DNA from: Vitrella brassicaformis CCMP3155
Taxonomy: Eukaryota; Protista; Chromerida
Assembly: GCA_001179505.1 (NCBI GenBank)
Contig: CDMY01000243.1
Span: 124,001 to 188,000 of the forward strand
DNA length: 64,000 nucleotides
Direction: 5' to 3'
Shown: in pieces, positions 56,553 through 64,000 of the stretch
Layout: each line of letters begins with the position of its first letter
How positions within the stretch are numbered: position 1 is the first letter of the stretch
Made by a program: the position numbers and the translations under genes
Notes under the pieces: generated by a model
Databases searched by the model: none
The model's input: the letters and a program-made list of their open reading frames with translations, nothing else
What the model was told of the DNA's origin: nothing

Positions 56553-58953
56553 ATGGCATTGCGTGCCTGTTCGTCTGCCGTCGCGCGCGGCTCGTTGCAA
56601 CTGCCGCAGTCGTTTCCCGTGTTGTCGGCTCTCCTGGCTCCCGCCGCCCGACGGATCGGTGCACGAGCCTTCTGTGAGCCACAAGACAGACACAAGACAG
56701 ACATCACGCACGCCTCAACCACACGCACATGGCCGGCTCATACATCTTGCCCTCCCTTCGTGTGCTGTGCTGTGCTGTGTTGTGATTGTGTTTGGGTGGG
56801 GTGAATGGTGTGAGTCAGGTTCGCTGCATAGCCAGGCGGCCATCAACGGCGAGGTGGTGGGTGACGGCGGCGCCACGCTTGAAGTCAACCCTCCCCCCTC
56901 TCAGCGCGCCACCCCCTTGACCCCCGAGAAGCGCCCCGCCTTCATGGACTACCAGAGCACCACGCCCATCGACCCCAGGGTGGTGGACGCCATGATGCCA
57001 CTCTACACCCAGATGTATGGGAACCCCCACAGCCGCAGCCACGTGTTTGGCTGGGAGGCGGAGGACCTCGTCGAGAAGGCCAGAGAGGTGCCCATACAAC
57101 GTGTCGGTCTGGCCATGTCCGTCTGCTTGTATTGCACCGCTCTGTATGTGTGTGTGTGTGTGTGTGTGTGGTTTGGTTGGGTGCAGCAAGTGGCTGATTT
57201 GATAGGCGCCAAGTCCAAGGAGATTTTGTTTACGAGCGGGGCCACCGAGAGCAACAACTTGGCCATCAAAGGCGTGGCCGCCTACTACGGCAACAAGAAG
57301 AAACACATCATCACCACACAAATCGTACCTGACCAGACAAAGAGAGAAACGAGAAGCTGGCAATGTCAGCAAACCGATCTGCTGTGGTGCGTGTGTGTGC
57401 GTGTGTGCGTGCGGCATACGCAGGAGCACAAGTGTGTATTGTCGTCGTGTCGGTCTCTGCAAGAGAAAGGCTGGGACGTCACCTACCTCCCTGTCGACCA
57501 AGACGGTAGGTACTCCACACACACCACACCACACCACATGACACACAGGCAGACATCCGCATGTCATTCATGTGTGTGTCTTGTCGTGTCCTGCGGTGCG
57601 TTGCGTTGCGTTGCGTCGCGTGCAGGTCTGATAAGTTTGTCTGAGTTGGAGGGCGCCATCCGGGACGATACCGCCTTGGTGAGCGTCATGATGGTCAACA
57701 ATGAGATCGGCGTGGTGCAGCCCGTCAAGGGGATCGGCGACCTCTGCCGCAAGAAGAAGATCTTCTTCCACACTGACGCAGCCCAGGCCCACGGTCAGTC
57801 AGCAACCCAGCCCTCCCCCTGCAGACCCCCTATACACACACACGCGTGTGCGTTGCATTATTCGTGAAGCTGAGCCTCTTCCCTTCCCTTTCTGTGTGGC
57901 TGACCTGACATTACCTGACAGGCAAGATCCCGATCGACGTTGACGAGATGAACATCGACTTGATGTCCCTCTCCGCACACAAGATCTACGGACCCAAGGG
58001 AGTCGGTACGCATACCCACACTGCCCACACTACCGACGCCCCCACCGCTCTGACTCACCGATCCCTCCCTCTCTCCGTCTGTGTCTGTGTGTGAATCTAA
58101 TCTGTGTGTCCACCAGGTGCGATCTACGTGCGCAGCAAGCCGCGTGTGCGTCTGGTGCCTGTAATAGACGGCGGCGGGCAGGAGCGGGGCATGCGCAGCG
58201 GCACCCTGCCAGCGCCCATTATAGTGGGCTTCGGCAAGGCCTGTCAGGTGGCCAAGGAGGAGATGGACAACGACAGACGGCACGTCGAGAGGCTCGCCAA
58301 GAGAATGGAGGACGGCATCATCAAGGCACTGCCCGACGTCACTCTCAACGGCTCCAAGGTCCCCGACCGAACGAACATACACACACACAATGGGGCCAGG
58401 CAGACAGAGAGAGATCCGTTTGTGTGTGGGTGTGCTTTGCTGTGCAGCTGCATCGTTACCACGGCAATATGAACCTGTCGTTTGCGTATGTGGAGGGCGA
58501 GTCGCTCCTCATGTCCCTCCGGGGCGTCGCCGTGAGCAGCGGATCCGCCTGCACCTCTGCATCTCTCGAACCGTCTTACGTGCTCAGAGCCATCGGTGAG
58601 TGAGTGCCCTTCCCCCCGCCCTCTCGCGACACACACACAAGTTTTGCTTGTGGGTGTGTGTGTCATGGCATGGGCAGGTGTGGATGAGGAGTTGGCGCAC
58701 ACGTCGATTCGGTTCGGCATCGGTCGGTTCACGACCGACGAGGAGGTGGACGAGTGCGTCAAGGTGGTGGTGCAGGAGGTCCGAAGGCTCAGGGAAATGT
58801 CGCCACTGTGGGAGCTCGCACAGGAGGTCAGTCAGTCAATCGGTGCAGTCAGTAGCAAGACCACCAACCACATGTGGCTGCTGTTTGTTTTGTCGATCGT
58901 CTTTGCCTCAGGAGAAGGAGGGCGGTGAGAAGACGGCGATGGTGTGGACATGA
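56553..58953 (+). CDS. NFS1: Mitochondrial cysteine desulfurase (IscS-type)
   Basis: [52 protein letters not shown] (PLP lysine), [12 protein letters not shown] and SSGSACTS (persulfide Cys). N-terminal transit peptide [13 protein letters not shown]. Confidence 0.96.
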
Positions 58954-59648
58954 TCCAAAGGAATGTCTGCACGCTCCAACGCAACGCGGTCTCTCTGTCA
59001 CACACGTGTGTGGACTGGACAGGACAGTCCATGCGCTGCGCATGTGTTGTCGTGGATTTTTTGGGGTCGGTGTGTTGTGTTGTGTTGATCTTCTCTTCAT
59101 GTGCTGTCGAGTCGGTGGGGATGGAGGGCAAAGGAAGGCAGCCTTTTTGCCGTGTACATATGTCAAGGTGCGTGAGGGTCGACGAAGGGGGGTGTCTGGT
59201 GGGGTGTGACGCGGTGTGTGTCGTGTGGTCGGGGCTGACTTTTTCGGCATAAGTACAGTTCGGGCGTGCGCTCGGCTCCTTGTGCTTGTCGCTTGCCGTG
59301 TTGGGATGGCGGGGCCAACAGAGATGTCTCTCGTGTTGACCTCAGCGTCTCCAGGTGGCAGCGGACAAGTACTCGAGAAGTCGGGACAGCCGCGGTGCAT
59401 TCATGCTCGGTGGGCAGGGAGACACTGACAGAAGTGTGTCCAAGGCATGCATGGTATGTGTCCTCACCTCAAAGTGTCACATCACGACAAAACGCATAAA
59501 GTCTGCCTGCTTGCCACACAGTTCGTTGGAAGCACACGACGACAAAACCGCAAAAACTGCCCTATGCCTCTCTCTTTCATGGGTTACCGGTGCCACCCAC
59601 TCGCCGTTCTCTCTGTCAGGGACGAACAGACACGTCGCCATGCTATGG

Positions 59649-62600
59649 CTATGCCCTTGAGCTTCCTCCCGCACCCCGTCCCTCTCTGAGTGACTGCGCC
59701 ACCGCTACAGTCATGGCTGCGTGATACTGGTCCTCAAAGTGGTGAGACAGCGCCTGTGGGTATGTGTTGTGTGCACACCACACAAACATTGCTTCAGACA
59801 GACACCGAGATGCAATACGGTGCTGTGCTACGCCCCGCCTGACCTCTCCGTTAGTGATAGTGTTGAGCATGGCCACTTCCCTGTCGATGAACTCCTCCGT
59901 CAGCCGAGGCAGCTCCACCGAACGACCCAGAAACACCAGCTGCACGCAGCGCAGCCACACAGCCAGCCACGCAGGCCAGGCATCCACACAAGGTCATCAA
60001 AGAGACGGGATGAATGAACGACCTACCGCCCACTCCACTCCACTTACCGTTCCGTTTTCGTCTTTGCCCCAGGGGTTGGCCTCCTGCAGCGGGTTGGGCC
60101 CCTCCGTCTCCCCCTCTATCCACAGATTGGTCTGACCCGCCTCGTCAACCAACACCGTACGGCCCACGTGCTCATAGTCCAGAATCCTAAAGGAAGGCGC
60201 GCAGATAGACACGCAGACAGGAACACACAAGAGACCATGTAGTGCGTGAAGTCCGGGAGGATTGAAAGAGGGAGCGGGCAGCTCGGCTCACCAGGCCGTG
60301 GCGCCTCGCGGCAGCCGGGCTATCACATCACGACTGTTGACCACACGAAATGCGTCGCCGATCCTATGTGGAGGGAGGAACAGGGCAAACGCAGAATATA
60401 TACTGGGACAATCCCATCTGGCCCTCTCTCCACACCCACTTTGCGTTGAATTTCTCCACAAATGCCCCGTTGCCCACCCGCGGGGCCCCGTAATTGTACA
60501 GCAGCACCTTGCCGGGCGGGCCCCTGGCCTCCCCCCGACTCACAGGCCCGTGTGTGGCCATGTCATATGCACACAAAGTGGCCAGCGCCCCTCCCAGGCT
60601 GTGGCCCGTCACGAGCACCTCCCACTCCCCCGCCTGGCCGCCCGTCGCCTCGTGGATCAGCTCATGCAGACGGGAACGGATCGACAAATATGCCTGGTGA
60701 AAACCTGCACGCGCACAGGAGGGCCCACAGACGTTCATCGACATGGTCGCCGTCCGTGTGTGCTCCTTGCGGACCGACCAGCATGCACCCGCGGGTCGCT
60801 GTTGTTGCCTCCCAACTGCACGGCGAAGACCTCGGGCATGCGGAACTGCAGCTGTGCCGTCAGGTTGTAGAGCGACGCGTCGATGGTGTCCCAGTCGACC
60901 TGCACCTCACCCTTGGACACCCTGCTGGCCAAGGCCAGCAACTCGGGGTCCAGCTCCAGCTCACGCGGCAGCCTCAAGTTCTGCAGCGGCAGACTCGCAA
61001 AGGTCACGTTGGGCAGCGACGGCAGGGGCAAAGACAGGGACGGGAGAGCGAAGAGGCCCCCCTCTTCTCTCCCTCTCCCCCTCTGCTGCATGGGCTCTTC
61101 CTCTTGTGTGGTGGCGATGAACATGGCTTCGGGCAGAGTGATGTTGGGCGCCAGCTGGGGGGTCGAGTCGGCACCGATGGGCGATGGAGGTTGACGCGTC
61201 GTCGCCTGTGAGATGAGCCGCTGGAACGCCTGTGCCCGCTTCGATGCCATATCCAGCACTTGGGTAGCGTTGAGTTCGCGGAACTGCTTTCCCACAAGCA
61301 GAGGGTTGATGCGGTGCTCTCCACCGGCCTGCTGATCTGAGTCCAATGAGGGGTCGGTGTGGTTGCTGAAGGACGACATAATTGAGAAGGGGCTGGACAG
61401 CGATATCAGCTGGAAGGACTCGTCGAGGGAGAGCTTCTTCTCCTTGCCTTCGCCGATCTCCTGAAGGCGGCTCTTGAGCAGCGACTGGCTCATCTCCGAG
61501 AGGGCCTTCAGAGGCTGCCATGTCGCGTCTTCCGGGGCGGCGGAAGACGGGGCTGCGGTGGACCTTTCCTCCTGTGTCGTGGGTGTGTCGGGGGCTGGGG
61601 GCTTGAGCACACCCGACAGCCACTTGACAGGGTCCCACTGCCTGTCGACTAGCGTGTAGTCCTCCCTCTCTGTCTTGCCGCTCATCGCAAGCCACGGAAA
61701 GGACCGCTGCGCCTCAGCCGGGCTATCCTCTTCGGCCCTCGTCCCCATCTCTTGCGCCTCATCCGCCATGGCCGCTTTGGGTGGCTCATCTAGCTGGAGA
61801 GGCTCCTGGACTAGGGTGATGTCGGTCAGGAAGTCTCGCCATGACGTCATCTCGGTGCCGCGGAAGGCCACCACAAGCCGCTTCCTCCTGTTGTCGCGCC
61901 AGAGGCCCACTTGTGTGCAGGTGAAGACGTTCTGCAGGAAACAGATGAACTCGAAGTCCGATGCCCACGGCTCCAAGCCCCACACCTGACGAGCCAGCGC
62001 GCTCCAGTCGGCTGAGCAGCCGAAGCCCGCCGGGCCCCCCTCCCCCGCCTTTTCCAACACGCTCGCGGCCTCTTTCGCACGCGCGGCCATGTCGGACTCA
62101 TCCATTGGGGGGATGGCCTCGGCCTCGTCGTAGGAGGGCGGTGTTGACGGGCTTCCCTCTTCTGGGCTCTCGGCGTCATCATCTCTTTCGAAGGGGACGT
62201 ACTGAACGATCACGTTGATTTTGCCCGCGTCACCTGCCGATAGATGTCGGGCGGCGCGGCCATTGGGCCGCTCGTCGACGGCATGGTCGCCTTGGCCGCG
62301 TTTGCATCGCTTGCGGACGTCTTCTGTTCTGTCTGGGGCGGACTTCTGGAGAGGGAGCCACCCCTGCCACACGAACCGACCGCCGCCATCTGTTTGGGAA
62401 AAAGGAAACGGCAGAGCAGATGAGAGATGAGAGAGGCTGGTGTGCTGGTTTACTCGTGAGTGGGGGTGTCTGGCCACCTGCGTCGTGTCCCTCTTCGTCC
62501 AAGAGAGTGGCATTTGCTCGTATCTCATCGACATCGATGGTCACGACACCGAGTTCGTCGTCATTCGAAAACAACTCCTGGTGAGCCAGCAGGCAACACG

Positions 62601-63610
62601 GATGCACTTCTGAATGCATTCTTGTATGTGTGTGTCGCATCCGGCACCCATGCCCCACTCACCTCATCGAGGACTCTGAGGTTGAGGACTCCTCCATCCA
62701 GGCCTCTGGTGTAGAGGGACAGCGTCTGCTGCCACTTGGGATTAGAGCTGCTCTTGACCGTCCTGGTCCTATCGACAACGCCCCGCGTGCCTGAAACAGA
62801 CAGACAGACAGACAGATAGGTGGCCGTGTGTGTCGTCTTCATGTGTTTCTTCTACCTGAGGCATCGGCGAGCGAGACCACGACGTACGGGTCGCTTTCGA
62901 ATCCGGTCAGGGCCGCCTCTAAGAACGAGTCCTCACGGACGAGGTCAGATGCCTCCAGAACAGTCACCAGCAACAGGCCTAATGGACGAGGCACCAAGGC
63001 AGACAGGCAGGTTGCCCGTGGACACGTGTGTTCCACCACCCGCAGCAGGCACCTTGTACCCCTCTCCTTGAAATACTCACAGCTACGCACACATACCGTC
63101 GAAGACCTGACGAATGAAGTCAGCCGACTGAAAAGCCACGTCGTTGCCATTCGCAGACCGCTCCCACTTGCCTGAAAGAACCAGCCAACCAAACCAACAC
63201 AGCCACTCATCACATCGCCATGCATCCGGTCTTGTGTGTGGGTGCAGTCAGTCACCTGCCCTTGGCTCGTTGTACGCCTGAAACGAGAAGCCCGCTAGTA
63301 GAACAGCCTTGCGAATGTCGAACTGGGAGTAATGGAGATGAGAGGCCAGGTCCTCGATCTTCTCGAAGACGCCGCCCCGCTTGAACCATCGAGATGCCGT
63401 GGACAGCAGGCCCGATGGAGATGGCCGTTCTGAAGGGCGCGTCGGGCTCTTGAGTGCATGCAAGGGGTGCAGCGACCCATGGCGGAAGGAGGCAGAACGG
63501 AATGGCGTGAGGAAGGCAGATGAATGCCTCTGTATCGACAGTGATGCGAGCAGGCAGATCACCAGCCAGCGGATCCGGGCAGATCCTCTCCTCTCTCTCC
63601 TCATCATCAT
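59649..63610 (-). CDS. C2-domain class-3 lipase (plant HIL1/algal PGD1-like, putative plastid galactolipid lipase) with bipartite presequence
   Basis: WLVICLLASLSIQRHSSAF presequence; FDIRKAVLLAGFSFQAY; C2 strands SDPYVVV and NPKWQQTLSL; TQVGLWRD..LVVAFRGTE..FLTD; VHAG|FHQAY; VTGHSLGGALA; YNYGAPRVGN; VVNSRDVI; YEHVG; HHFEDQY. In-frame upstream ATGs exist up to 63739. Confidence 0.87.
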
Positions 63611-63786
63611 TGCGTCATCTCTCCTCCTCATCATTGCCGCCAGTAGCATCGCATCGGATGCATGAGGTCGTCGCCTTCTTCTGTCCAGCAGCGCCTTCAC
63701 CTCCACGTCTGCGAGCTCGGGAACAGCCGGAGCTCGCATTGATCCGACCCTCCCTTTTTGGAAACGCGGCTGGGTGAGCAACGTTC

Positions 63787-64000
63787 ATGGATGACAGCAA
63801 AGCAGAAACTGGCCCTCTCCCTCATGAGGCTTCATCGAGCGATCGCCCCTCCCGGCACCCAAGATGGTTTTCCCGCCTGTGGACCAAGGCCAAGAACGTC
63901 AAAAGACGAGTAGCCAACAAGCTCAGAAAGAAGTCGGCACCCATGGGTGATCACAAGGGAGATCCGTTCGTCCACACCATGGGGAGGCAGAGCGGCCCAA
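63787..64000 (+). CDS. 5' end of an unknown protein, open to the window edge
   Basis: An ATG at 63787 gives MDDSKAETGPLPHEASSSDRPSRHPRWFSRLWTKAKNVKRRVANKLRKK with no stop before 64000. It lies head-to-head with the lipase. Confidence 0.45.
   Translation, partial: MDDSKAETGPLPHEASSSDRPSRHPRWFSRLWTKAKNVKRRVANKLRKKSAPMGDHKGDPFVHTMGRQSGP

Noticed and set aside
33478-61211. Long antisense ORFs (e.g. 33478-33993, 48402-49175, 54630-55826, 60462-61211)
   Set aside because: These are shadows of GC-rich coding strands, with no motifs or independent splice logic.
1-64000. rRNA, tRNA, snRNA or spliced-leader genes
   Set aside because: No cloverleaf or conserved RNA-gene motifs recognised by eye. A covariance-model scan (tRNAscan-SE, Infernal) would be needed to exclude them fully.

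Overview
This is intron-dense, GC-rich eukaryotic DNA with seven 300-nt N scaffold gaps. Introns loaded with (CA)n/(GT)n/(GACA)n/(GGAT)n repeats and bipartite signal-plus-transit plastid presequences suggest a chromerid alveolate such as Vitrella (inference, not verified). About 19 spliced protein genes can be reconstructed by hand: a plastid-type bestrophin, a PhoD-family phosphatase, DNA polymerase delta subunit 4, an RlmI-like methyltransferase, an AlkB-family dioxygenase, two unknown multi-pass membrane proteins, two hypothetical proteins, a multi-KH RD/RS-rich RNA-binding protein, a secreted CAP plus ConA-like protein, an extended SDR epimerase/reductase, proteasome alpha-7 (PSMA3, duplicated across a gap), an STPG1/Shippo-repeat protein, a Tubby-like protein, a ~12.9-kb PZP/PHD/PLU-1/TFIIS-M/SPOC gene, NFS1, a C2 plus class-3 lipase of the HIL1/PGD1 type, and a partial ORF at the right edge. 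Sixteen of them sit in eight tight head-to-head pairs. I recognised no rRNA, tRNA or CRISPR array. Best leads: (1) many introns carry (AC)n near the donor and complementary (GT)n near the acceptor instead of a polypyrimidine tract, suggesting RNA-structure-assisted splicing; (2) the giant multi-reader chromatin/Pol II protein; (3) the RlmI homologue apparently lacks its catalytic Cys; (4) the AlkB 3' exons are duplicated next to a pogo/Tc1-like transposon end. Exon boundaries are manual and approximate, and family calls come from recognised motifs, not database searches.
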